From the NCBI GenBank assembly GCA_030141605.1, contig JAQGDQ010000083.1:1-64000 (forward strand): a stretch of 64,000 bases of DNA, in the 5' to 3' direction. Shown in pieces: positions 1-12,700 of this stretch (positions are counted from its first letter, which is position 1; every line of letters begins with the position of its first letter). Made by a program: the position numbers and the translations under genes. A model generated the notes under the pieces. That model worked only from the letters and a program-made list of their open reading frames with translations, did not search any database and was not told where the DNA came from. This DNA is from Tubiluchus corallicola (taxonomy: Eukaryota > Animalia > Priapulida).

Positions 1-481
1 CACACACACACATGAAGCCTTATACTTACAACAATAATAACATCAATGACTAATGAATGAAGAATGAGACAATGAAAAATTTTCATCCAATCAGAATTTG
101 AACCCAACAATGGACTGAAACATAGTGTATTTTAAATTCTTTTTCATGTAAGTAGAGCTCCTGCCAAAAGTTAAAAAGTAGACTGTCTTCAGCTTTTGTT
201 AATTGATTTCTACACATAACTGTACATATCCCATAATTCAATGGGGAGTGTGATGTATTAGCAACTTAATAGACCAAATTTGAAGTTAAATAAGTAAAAC
301 AGGACTTTATAGCAAACAAATAAACAAACATACACAAACACACTTCATAGAAATAGAGATTAATTGCAGATTTGTACAATTTGCAGCAATTTTATAGTAT
401 GTATAATAACATGAAAGCTAATGAAAAGTGCAAAACGAATGACACACGACAAACCAAATAAAAAATTATCAACATGCACAC

Positions 482-3400
482 CTGGACACAGAATCTTGAA
501 GACACACAATCATTTGTTGTATAACAGGAGCATACTCCACATCAACAATAGGTAAATCTCCAACAAGTACCTGTATTATAAAAAACATTCACATAAGATT
601 CTACAGTGTATTAAAGTTCGGACCAAAATACTTTTTACAAAGAAGAATTTAGATGACTTGACTGTTGCAAGAATGTTGATATTTTGTCGCACTGCTTTTG
701 AGAGTAATGAAGCATTCATACTAACAAATTTTCTCGCCAAGTAACTCGCAAGCACGTTCAGACTAAAGAACAAAATTCTCCAACATGAAGTAAGCACCAG
801 CTGATACTCCTCCTCTATTCACTGGGAGCCGTGTCAAGAGTAACTCGCTGAGACTGTTCACACTAAACAGGAAATCATTTCGTAGCAACTGTCTGAAAGT
901 GTGCAATGACTTGTCGATAGTAACTCGCAAAGCAGTTCACACTTGCAAGTTTGGTGTTAGAGAAAAACTCCCAACAGAAAACTCGCTAGTCTGAATGCAC
1001 CCTTAGTTTTATCATAGCGGCATTGTCTCGTATCTTTAATCTGTGGATTTCTAAATTTAATGCACAGAATGTCAGGTTAGTAATTGTGATAGTTGTTTGC
1101 TAAACTTCAACTAGTCCTATTGTAGGAGTGCTATGCAATCTAGAATCACCGAAAAGAGTGATATGATATATTTTACTATATTATGTAACAGTGCGTGTGT
1201 GTGGGTGTGTGTGTGCGCGTGCGTGCATGCACGTGTGTGTAACAGCCAGTAAAAAGAAACATTAAAGTAACAGCAAGTGCTTCACTGCCACCATTACTGT
1301 AACCCCCCACCCCCCCCCACCCCCGTCCCACCTTTGAATAGTTTCCATGTTCCTCTCATGCTGTCTCCCCTCTTCAGGCAAATTCGAAAACTGAATAGGA
1401 TTAATTAAAACACCAAAAAATTGTCATAAAAGGCAAGAAAGCCCTTTACTTACATAAAGCTAGAAAATGTGTCTTTTCTATTTACATGAGTATTGCAGGC
1501 AAGAAAGCGTAATACTAAGTAATACAAGTAAGATAATACTAAGTAATATGCCTTCAAAAAAGTCTGTGCAAAGATGCAATTTAGCTATTGGCCAAAAAAA
1601 AACAGCCCATATGATACATTTGAAAAACATGGCCAGCACACACAGTTAAAACAAGTAACGCCGGAAATTTCCTAAAATACATAAATATACCAAGGCGTCA
1701 GAATGTCTTCCAAACTGTCAACCACCTACCTGCTAAAAGCTTCAATGATAAAATTACTTACAACAAAAACCCAGGCAAACTTGTTTTACAGGTCATTCAA
1801 AACAGTAGGTACCTTTAAAAGATCTTTAACATTTTCCTTGTTAACACTAATAGTTGGATTAGCAGGAAAATCTAGCAGAATAAAATTGTCCTCTTTTTTT
1901 CTGGCAACAAGTGGTCCACTTAGCGTATCAAATGTAATCTCTGTAAATTCGTTACCTGTAATAATTTACATAGCTGTAGATATATTCACTAGCTGCCTTT
2001 TAATTTCAGACCCCCCTATCATAATGATTATCAATTTCACAAATATTTAGAGCCTAATCGTAGCATTAGTGGATTAGCAATACAATCAAATATTGCAATG
2101 CCTAATTGTAATTTCATTATTGGAATAGAATATGGTTTAGAATATGGTTAACAGGCACTATTTTCCTTTTCCAATTTTTTAAAGTGCAGATGAAAAGAAG
2201 GGAAAGCTGACAGTCTCCTAAGAAAATGCCAAATATGATGAGAACTGAAAACAGCGGAATGCTTTAAGTCCTAAAATGCAAAAAAGGCACACAATCTAAA
2301 AAAACAATAGAAGAAAAAAAGCAAAACTGCATGGAAGCTTATTTGAAGTAAACGCATTAGCACACAAATAAATTCACAGTGAATTCGTTTGGTATTAGGT
2401 TGGCAAATAAAAACTCCCTGATTTTCAAGACAACGTGAAAAATACTTAAGGGATCGACATAGAAGCCAGAGCCATACCGCTTCAGCTCAGCTCCAGTCGG
2501 TTTATTTCTACAGGCGACCTAGCAGATAAGAAACCCAGCTTTAGTCGTGCCAGCCGCTCGGTGACGGAAGTCGAGGTAGCTGACATTTTTGCCAGCTGTG
2601 AAGATTTTTGCTCTTGCGAACAAGTCACTGGCATAGCAGTGTCCAGTTTTTTTGCTAGATTACTGCTGTGTTTACCTGTTTTGAGGGCAGATTTCTTTTA
2701 TTTTAGAGTTCTGCCTGCCCAATGTCTACAATTGACATAACGGGCTTATGATGATGATGAAATCACTGGTCGCAATGCGGTCATATTGTACGTGTGCTGG
2801 CAGAGATACTAAACTTCAGAAATATTTGAATGAGAAAGCAGTCAATTCAAAATTAAATAAAATGCACAAATAGGCAACATTAGCCACACGTATTGGATCA
2901 TTTTGGTATTTTAGTATTGATTTGTTGGTAATCCAGATAAGCCTTGCCAAGGGTTGGATTTAAATTATATTTGCAATAAATCCATTGCTAGAGTTGCCAG
3001 ATTATAAGCCAGGAGATTTTTTTTAACATTGTGAGTACATAAAATATGAGAGATATAGAGAGATATATGGCATATAAAGGGGTGTGCTGTCGAATCACTT
3101 AAGCCAGTTCACAAATAAAACTATTCAAACTAACGCTAAATTGTTGCTGCAGGACATAAGAATCAAAATCTGTCATTCTTAATGGTGAACTCCAGCTGGC
3201 TGATTTACTGTGAGTGTCAGCTGATGTAGTAGCACTGACTCAGGTTCAGCTTCTAGATTTACATTTCTGTCCTGCTTAGCAAACTTACCAACACAAGAGA
3301 AAAGCACCGTGGCAGCAGCAAGAGTGGCATGACCACACAGTTGGATTTCACAGGCAGGGGTAAACCATCGCAGGCCAAACCGGGAAGAATTCTTGAACGA

Positions 3401-4399
3401 ATCGTTTTCTGTTGGCAGTGCAATGAAACAGGTTTCCGACAAGTTCATTTCGAAAGCAATTTTTTGCATTTTTGCATCGTCGATTACCTAAAATAGAATA
3501 ACCGAATGACTATATACATCACAATGTCTACAGCCATTTAATAATATAACCCAAGAAATGCAGATTACACCACAATTCAACTAATAAAAACAACACAGCC
3601 TTCGGACTGTTTGGAATAGATTTTGAACATATAACATATCTCCTGTTTTGTACAGTTCAAATAATACTCAGAATATCTATTCGAATTGCAGAAAGAAACT
3701 ACAAAGCCTCCGTAGAAACGGAAACAACAACAACAACAACAACAAAATGCATTTTCTGCATTGATACTCATTGTAATTGTCACTTAAAATTATACTAAAT
3801 CTTCATGAAAAACACCTACTATTATAATAGATCCAAATACAAACATAACTTAAAGGCACAGTCACCATTATCCTGACATTATTATGACTGATGTTATAAG
3901 TTTAATTGATTACAAATTGATTTCAGCTGTGACTAAATGGACACTTTTGTTTTCAACTAACTTGTTAAATTTGTTTCAATATTTCTAAAAATAAACCAGT
4001 GATTTTTATTATGCAAGCCTGCGATTTAAATATTATAATATAATGATTTATTTATTGTAACACAGTTAATTCATTGAGTTAATCACATAAATAAATAACA
4101 AAAACATTATCAGTTAGTAGTTAAAAACTCATATCTTTACATAAATAAGAGTGCGATTAAGACACATACATTGACTGAGTTTGTGCTACAGGACCACAAG
4201 TTATTTGCAGTGAAGAACAGTGCAATAAAAATAGCTGAAAACAAATTAAGACGAAAAGTTTGTTAATGACAGATCATCATTAATTTACCTGATTGTGTGA
4301 CACTAGACATACAGCAGCAGCATTTCCAGCAAATGCCTGGCTTGTGAAAGCATCCACCACATATAAAGGCAAAGTGCATCCCTTATTTAAACTTGTCAT
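482..4399 (-). CDS. PBLD: PBLD/PhzF-family protein, tandem copy 1 (partial: exons 1-4; 3' exons lie left of the window)
   Basis: Exons 4399-4289, 3487-3289, 1955-1813, 570-482 with GT-AG boundaries and consistent phases (0,1,0,2). Translation MTSLNKGCTLPLYVVDAFTSQAFAGNAAAVC...EMNLSETCF...FGLRWFTPACEIQLCGHATLAAA...TFDTLSGPL...LDFP has the PhzF/PBLD motifs VDAF, GNxAAV, NLSET, RWFTP, LCGHATL. Essentially identical to copy 2. Confidence 0.9.
712..1003. mobile_element. Degenerate MITE-like element in PBLD intron 3 (also ~15100-15392 and ~30072-30363)
   Basis: Imperfect terminal inverted repeats gcattcatactaacaaattttct ... agaaaactcgctagtctgaatgc; internal taactcgc/ttcacact submotifs. Confidence 0.45.
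2455..2925. repeat. ~470-bp dispersed repeat present in both intron 2 and intron 5 of the PBLD copies
   Basis: Homologous blocks at ~2455-2925, 11680-12165, 16845-17310, 26635-27118 and 32065-32535, all in the same orientation (e.g. gacctagc(a/c)gataagaaacccagctttagtcg...gagaaagcagtcaattcaaaattaaa). Confidence 0.85.
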
Positions 4400-4529
4400 C
4401 TTGGTCTGTTGAGTAGAAACTAATGGCAAATATGCAGCTACAAATTTTGAATATAGTATGATGTCTGTATCAAATTGCCTAATGTACATGTTAGATCATA
4501 AATCTGTACCAAAAACCTAAATACGTCAG

Positions 4530-5003
4530 CCTAGTTGACAGCCTCTTGGTTTTTTGTCGTTTCAAGAGCTTTATGCAATACCATAGGAAGAGGAGGTAAT
4601 CTTACTGTTAGTGTGTGCCCAATCCAAAGCAATTTTCTTACTTGTATTTGTCTACTACCAGGAATCTTCTTGACTGCATTATACAGATCATCATTGGATA
4701 TTCTATCAGGCGATTTAATTGCGAGTAATTTCCTATAGAGACGTCTTCGAAAAGCATCAACTGTCCTTCTGTTGCTTAACTTTTATTGTCCATAGCTCAG
4801 CAGTGTACAAAAACACAGATTCAACTAAAGTTGAAAGAATCCGGACTCTGGTTTCAAGAGAAAGTCTATTGTTATCAAAAATCATTGAGATATGTGAATA
4901 AGCAGACAATTTAAGAATTTTCCTTCTTTGTATGTGGGCATCGGTGTCTTACAAGTTACCAAGTTATTTACATCTTTTCCACGAATCATTACCGCATCTT
5001 CAA
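4530..5003 (-). mobile_element. Decayed RTE-like LINE reverse-transcriptase fragment (also 18917-19390 and ~37090-37560)
   Basis: Minus-strand translation with stops (GNDSWKRCK*LG...RRKIL...LSLETRVRILSTLVESVFLYTAELWTIK) aligns with the ORF at 37681-38778 (GDESWQRCKYLG...SLETKIRIFSALVETVFLYNSELWTLK). Confidence 0.8.
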
Positions 5004-6010
5004 TTTCAATTTTGTTCTATTGCACAAATACAATAGCGTATCATGGCAAAAAATTACAATTGCAAAAAAGTCAAAGTACAAGAAACACGAAAAACAACAA
5101 ATACAGATGCAATTATGCAACATTGCAAAACCACGAGTTTGTACAACTTACTTAAATCTAATAAGAAATTATGTGCTCTTATGAAATAAAACTTTATGCT
5201 ACAACTACAAAGTAGTAGTAAAAACACAAAACCTAAATAATTAATATAATCACAAACGAGATTAAATTACACAATCACAGCACAAGGTTTATCCAGCACT
5301 CACAGATTACCACCAAGATATAACTGCCTTTTTTATCACATTCATTTAAGCAGTTTCCAAAGTGAATAAGGTCTTCTGGGTTTGCAATTAGAAAAAAACC
5401 ACATTACTGAGTATATGTTACCTTTTTGCAAAGATATATTTATGCTCATATTTTTGTCTAATATCTTTATACAAAAGACAAGTAAAAAGGTAATATAATT
5501 TGTTTTCTACTAATTTTGAGCTATTGTTGTGACAGTATTGACAAAGCCTTTCACGCCCTTTTTTATTTTGATATCTAAATCATTCTATTTCCAGGTCATA
5601 TTCGCTGTTACGTAATTTCGTAATCATTTGTCGCTGTTTCTCATTAGAAATAATTTTGAAATAATCTTCTAATTCATTACTGATTTTTACATATCTATAA
5701 AATCTTAGTTTGTTTTTGCCATCACTGTGTCTAGGATCATTATGTAGCTTTGTAAAAAATAGTTTTCTGTACATTGATTTAAGTTTATTACAAAATTCTT
5801 TTAATATGCAATTCAGATGCATTTTATCAATTTCATCTACACCACATGTTTGAAATCCTGGAAAATTTGCCCAATTTGTATAAAGCTGTTTCACTTCTTC
5901 ATGAGACTGGTAACTATACACATTTTTAAATAATGTATTCCTTGACTTTATCTGTGTCATTAAAAGATATTTAGGAAGAATTGTTGATGTTTAAATTAGC
6001 AGTGGGTATA
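5004..6010 (-). mobile_element. Decayed non-LTR retrotransposon 3' fragment with zinc-knuckle-like C terminus (also ~19391-20398)
   Basis: KLRFYRYVK...YF...RQMITKL..SEYDLEIERFRY...ERLCQYC...VEN..YYLFTC..YKDIR is the typical post-RT region of LINEs (RTE-X-like); the block is absent from the homologous site at ~37558. Confidence 0.75.
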
Positions 6011-6144
6011 ACGTATTCTTTGGTCTTTGTATTGTTCACTTTAAGATTATATTTTTCTATACGATGAGTGTTGTACATTTTACATCTTGCAGTTCCTCAA
6101 CTTCCTCTATGTCATGTCGCTGCAGTTGCGGTTCTCCAGTAAGC

Positions 6145-7020
6145 ACATGTTGTTTCGTTGTTTCCTCGGTGTTAACTCTATCTGGTTAGATAGGCACAAA
6201 GGAATATTATCGCGCAAGACACAAGTAACGTAATCAGCATTGATGTTAATCAACCATTTATGACTGTTACTATTTTGGCTAAATTCCCAGCACGACACCT
6301 CTTCTTTTTCTTGTTTCCATTGCTATTTGAACAAATTCCACCTACTGCTTTGCTATTTGTGCATCTTCTGACTCAATCAGACTTTGGAAATTTACTTCTG
6401 TAGTTGGTAGCACATTTCTTATAACCGTCTGAATAGATCCTCTGTCTTTACCACATAGCGGACACCATATATCTCCTTTAAACTTACTTCTATAATTACA
6501 TTTTAGTGGTAGCATATTAAGCTTTATCTCTAAAACCCTTTTTGTCTGTTCTAGTGTTAACTCAGTTATATACTGCTTGGGTTTATCATGCTCAGCTCAT
6601 AAGATAAGAACCTTAACTTAGTTCTTGAGTATATCTGGTGATGTGCAGTAATTTTAATAATTTTTTTACGTTTTCTTTTACACGTTTCTTCCAGGCTGAC
6701 TTTTTAAGAGTCTTTATATGTACAAACTGTATACCTACAGCATATACTTATGTACAATGTTCTATTAGCATACCCCTATAACTAGTTGACACCTTCTGTG
6801 ATAATACTAGTTTTTGTAACATATCCTTCTGAATTTCTTCCATCCTACCCATTTCTACTTTTGTTACTTCACTCCATGTTTCTGTATTATAAATCACTGG
6901 TATCATAACTGACTGTAAGAGGTTCAGCCTTATCTGTATTGCAAACCTACCAATTTTGTTTATATCACTCAAATTTAAAATATCCCTCACGATGCATCCC
7001 ACTTTTTCACACATCCCACA
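6145..7020 (-). mobile_element. Decayed LINE fragment (post-RT region) (also ~20533-21408)
   Basis: LNLLQSVMIPVIYNTETWSEVTKVEMGRMEEIQKDML resembles the LINE thumb motif (P.llYn.EtW...e...lE.iQ); the block is absent from the homologous site at ~39775. Confidence 0.6.
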
Positions 7021-9737
7021 ACGGGATATCTTCAACAGGAAAACCGATCGTTTGGCAACGCGTTGACAGCGTATTTACGACGACTCTCATATCAGACACC
7101 ACACACCACAAAAGTATTAACAATGTTAATTTTTTTAACGATAAATTGCTGTGATTGTTCATTTATTAATTTTAGCAAGACTTAAATAATTGCTTGCATA
7201 GTAGGTGAGCATTTCTCTTATTTGTCAATAAGCAGCCTAATACGAAAAAACTTTACCATAAATATGTATTATGCACATAAACAGACACCTAAAATGAGAT
7301 TAAATAAAGTAGAATGTTAACAAACTACCACTTCTTCTGTAAAAAAACAAAACAAATTGCATGACTGTATAACAAAAATCACAACAAATTACGGAAAAAT
7401 AACATCAGCTAACAACAAAAAGAGGCTGTGATTAAGTAAAGTGCATGAAGGAAACAGTGAAAGTGCATTTGATAAGTCACATCAAATGAGACAGCAACAA
7501 GATTTATCAACTTTTTGACTTTTTCCAATTTTTATTTATTATACAATGAGTAGCATCACCTGCACTTAGTATGATATCTTATGAGTTCACTTGTTCATTT
7601 CTATACATTGTGGTACTCTGTCAACTGGTAATAGTAAATCATTTTATCGTACAGTTATTGTAAGCTATTATATAGAAAACTCCCACATGTAGCTGTTCTT
7701 ACTGTTGAGACAGACCTCATGCAACAATTTAAGTGTTCTTAGAGATTGTGTACATGCGAGTTTGATGTGACAAGAGAAACAAGCAAGATTCTAGCATATT
7801 ACTGGCTGCATATTGTTTGCAAATTAAAGTTTTTATTAAATAAAATATGCAGTAATATAACTTTTGATCACTGACTTCCAGAAATCTTAAGTGTGTGGCA
7901 ATGAGCTATTCTGATAAATTGATATTGCTTCATGATATCTAACATATACAACATTAGAATTGTACTATAAAATGCCCCCTTATTCTTGCCAGGAATTTAA
8001 ACATATAAGGAACTGCATTTTCTGCTTTGAGTTCATTTATTGTAACACAGAAACATAGTTAAAGTTTAAATAAACAAGAATAATCTCATTAAAGAAACGA
8101 AAATAATTTCATTTTAATTATTCAATCCACGATTTATACAGCTATAAATATGACTGTAATCAAAAAGTATAGCTTAGTGCATCTGTAACTTGGTAATCTG
8201 CTTTAAGCAGAAACCTGTTAACTTATTTCCTATCCTGTTTCATCCTGTTTACAAAAAATATAATTTCATCTTAATGTGGACTTGGTCCACGATTTATAAA
8301 GCCACAAAAATTACTGTAATCAAATAACACAGCAGTAACTTGATAATCCACTTTAAGCAGAAACGTATTAACTCATTTGGCACAATTAACAAAATAATGC
8401 TGTATTTTCATTCAAATATAGAAACTGCATGGCGCATATAACCACCATTATTATAGTCCTAAGCCGCTTTAAGCGAGAACAAGATAATTTATTTGGCACA
8501 ATTGATAAAATATTACTCAATCCTCTACCCTAATAAAGGAACAATGTGGCACATTTAAATTCTAAAATATAAAACCTACAATAATTAACTTCAGAAATGG
8601 GCAAAAAAGGCAAGGTCAACTTTGGTCCATAAGTAAAACTTCCCAAATGCATAACAATAGTGGTGTAGTTCTAGCTGGTATATAGAGAAAAGATAGTGTA
8701 TATCAACAACAACAAAAACGTCCATCCCACTTAGTGCATAGAACATAAAATAATATTTCTATTAAAACTGCACATAATCCTTTGACTAAAATTGTAAAAT
8801 TATTATAGGGAACAACACTATTTCAGAATTCCACTCAGTCCATTACATGCTAAAAGCTTATTTTAATTTTCCCTTAAAAGGAGCATTTCTAAATAAAAAC
8901 ATAAAAATGATAAAATAATCACTGATCATAAGAGAACATTATACACCATTCTATTTTCCCTTAAAGGAACTCTTTTTTATATTAACTACACACTGCTACA
9001 GTCTACCTTCGTTCTATTTTCTAGCACTTACCTGACATGAAAATGATAAACAGGGTTGCTTTTTATATGAAATTTATTCGAATATACGATAATTTGATGC
9101 TTCATACCATACAAAAAAACAGACTGTATGATAACAGATAATTACAGGATAATTTAGATATGAAAATACATTACTGCTTACCGTGGAAATGTAAATAAAT
9201 TTTGATTTTGTTGTAGTTCAAACCATGCTGGTTGCAAATTAGTGGTAACAGTTTTCAGAAAACAGCAGTAATTTCAAAAGAGAGTAGTTTAACAAACGGT
9301 AAAAATTAAAGAATAAATTTTATATTACGAAATTTTTTATCAGTCATAGGATCTGTGGAATGGTTTACCTCAAAGGGAAGCAGTTACAGTTAATCAGTTT
9401 AAAGGGGCCATTCATAGTTGTCAAATGGCCATGATGACAACGATCAGGCTTCGTTCTGCACATGCAGGAATTAGCAACATTCTATTGTGTTTTGATAAAC
9501 TTAATTTTACACTTGCTAATGGTACTTTTTGGTGTTATGGTTACTTATTAAATGCATAATTATACAATGATAATAATAATTTGCTGCAAATACACAGTAA
9601 TTTTGAATTTTGCATGAAAATGCGATAATATGGTGGAAAATACTATAATTTTTAGCCTCCAAAACAATAATCTTTATCAACCAGAATGGCAACACTGTGA
9701 TAAAGCAATCAGATTAAGTACGATTCCATGATTTAGA

Positions 9738-12700
9738 CTACAAATGGATCTTTCCTTCTATAATGACTACAGACTTGCCTCCAATCTCGACTCTTTTGTC
9801 TTCTCGTACATTCACGTAGACATCTCCTCCTCTTTTTGAGCACTGACGAGCTACAAAAACGCACAAAGCACATGACAAAATAACAACTTTGCAACTTTAC
9901 TTTGGTATTGTTCATAAGAAACAAAGAGATGATTTCAACAAGCGAAATAAAAATCAATGATGCACCCACCTATTCATTCATTCATTCATTCAATCAATCA
10001 TTACATTCATTCACGGAAATTTATTAGGCCTATATATTTACTTACTTGTTTATGTTTTATATTTATTTGCAAATGAGGCAATATGGTGATATGAAACTGC
10101 ACATGAAACTGAATTTAGATCAATAAATGAACCTCCAAAGCAAAATTATAATGTCATGCAAGTGAAACAGCTTCAGCACCTAAATTCAGCCCGAAAATCA
10201 ACTTGTGCAAGTCACAATTAATAACATATTTGTTTTGGTATACATTTATCAAAAGTAAAATACATGCAAAAACCAAAAGCCCTAAAATCACGTAGAATTG
10301 TGTACAAGAATAATAATCCCTTTACAGATCATTTTTATATATCTACCAAGAATGTTTAGAACATATATATATAGGTCCATCGTCTGGAAAATAAGTAAGA
10401 GAGTGTGCATATGCATTAAAACCTACAAAACTATCAAATCTTTAAACTTTTTGCTGAAAATTGTCTTAAAATCTCTAAATCTCTTGTTTTTTAATTACTA
10501 ACAAAAATTATTTTTCATTGTATTAATTATTTATACTAAAACTACATTGCTGTATAAAAATTTTTATACGAATAAAAGATTATTATTAATAATAATACAA
10601 ATGTGCAAAAACAGCAAATTTCAAATGATGCAGAACTCACAGTCGAAGACATATATGTACATAGCAGATGTGCTATGTAGCCAAGGAAATAAGGTCAAAC
10701 TCAGTTCACACATATTCCTGGAGCTGTGCTGGGCCCTGCTAGCTGTCTAAACGTACTAGACTAAGCGATAATACACTTCGCCAGAGTTTAAATGGAGTGC
10801 TAGATATTAATGATAAATATGTATGTCAAATAGGCATAAGCCAGTTCAAAAAATAGACATAATAGTACATCATGGAGGCGGTAAAAGGGTTAAGCAAGAT
10901 ACTGTTCCGGTAACATATGCTGCACAAGTCTATGTGATATGGTATTGCAGGGCAGTAATTATACTTTGTGACTGGCCACTAAAAATATATATTGTTCAAA
11001 ATAACAATTATATTTTCTAGCATTCTGTAATTTTTTGTGAAAAATTGTGTCAATTAAGATACAGTTATTTACAATGGCTGGAAATTTTCATTTTTTAACC
11101 TTTCGAGGACTTTACACACATTGAATTACAGTGTGCTGCACAATATTAAGTAAATCGAACCTATATCGCTCTTTGTCAGCATGGTAATAATCTTGCACAG
11201 AATTTAAATTGAGATCTACTGACATACTGAAAAACACACAAAATCAGATCATAAACGAATAAGCATCATAAGTTAAATTACAATAAACGTCATAAAGCAC
11301 CAAATTATCCTACCTTGAAAAGTTGATTTTCCCAGCACTTTTTGCCAGTAACAACCAAATACAGTGTGAGCCGACCCTAACATAGTCAGAAATTAGTTGA
11401 AGATTACTGGCATCAAACATTGCAAACTTTAAACATGCAAACATAATGAATTAAGATAGGCTTTTCATGTTTTTGAAAAAAACATTTCATGTTTTTGAAA
11501 ATCAGGCCTACAATGTATACTTTATTCACTGGAACTATTACCACATTAGTCCTTCTGCACTAGAACAGAAAAACCATAAAACTGGCAACTCCTTCAGTGA
11601 CATAGTGATTTTCAGTCAGACTTAAGACAGAAAATGTAAGACTAAAACAGAACAAAACTAAAACTAATCTTCATCTTAAAACTAGAGGCCAGAGCCATGT
11701 CGTTTCAGCTGAACTCCAGGCAATTCACTTCTACAGTCGACCTAGCCGATAAGAAACGCAGCTTTAGTCGCGCCAGCTGCTCAGAGATGGAAGTGGAGCC
11801 AGCCGACATTTTTGCCAGCTGCGAAGATTTTAGCTCTTGCGAACAAGCCACTGCCATAGCAGTGTCTAGTTTTTGCTGGATTACTGCTGTGTTTACCTGT
11901 CTTGAGGGTAGATTTCTTTTATTTTAGAGTTCTGCCTACGCAATGTCTACAACTGACATAACGGGCATGTGATGATGACGAAATCACTGGGTGAAATATG
12001 GCAAATGCAGTATGGATTCGTGGTCATACTGTGTGCGTGTGCTGGCAGAGATACTAACTTTGAAAAATTTTTTAATGAGAAAGCAGTCAATTCAAAATTA
12101 AACACACAAATATGCAACGTTAGACACACGTGTGGGATCATTTTAGTGTTTTGGTATTGATTTGGGCACCCTTGCAGTTTAGGTGGTTCTCTTCACACCC
12201 TACAACTTTCCTGTATCAGTCCCACTGCCGATACTCTATCTGTTTTCCACTCCAAACCTTGCCTGTGTCTTTCGCCCCGGTTACAAAAGAACACCAGTAG
12301 ATACGCCACTTACTGGCAAACATAGACACTGCAAAATGGAGCACATCGAGAACATTCCCCAGAAGCTCTTTTTAACTTTTTACTCAGCTAGCTAATTTAC
12401 TGTGTGAGTCAGCTGGTGTGGTAGCAACTGACGGTTGAATAATAAACATAATTTCTTTTGTTTAGCTTTACTTTAAAGCAAAGATAATTATAATTAATTC
12501 ATATATTTAAATAGTATGTCCATTCATTCTTACATAAACAATGCACATTGTTTACCACAAACTGGATCTTCAAGCAGTCCATCCCAGGGAAAAAAACAGC
12601 GGGAATAAAAGTCGTAGCCGGAGTCGGCCGGAGCTTTAACCGTCAAGTGGACACCGTGCAGTTTCATCTGGGACGTGTTAGCTGCAGGAAGAGCAAAACT

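Noticed and set aside
1703-2050. Conserved plus-strand ORFs such as 1703-2050, 16090-16437, 31314-31661, 47199-47549, 50203-50427
   Set aside because: Antisense shadows of real minus-strand exons; their recurrence reflects the segmental duplication.
3577-3783. ORF with a poly-Cys run (also 17964-18170)
   Set aside because: A (CAA)n microsatellite within PBLD intron 1; disrupted in copy 3.
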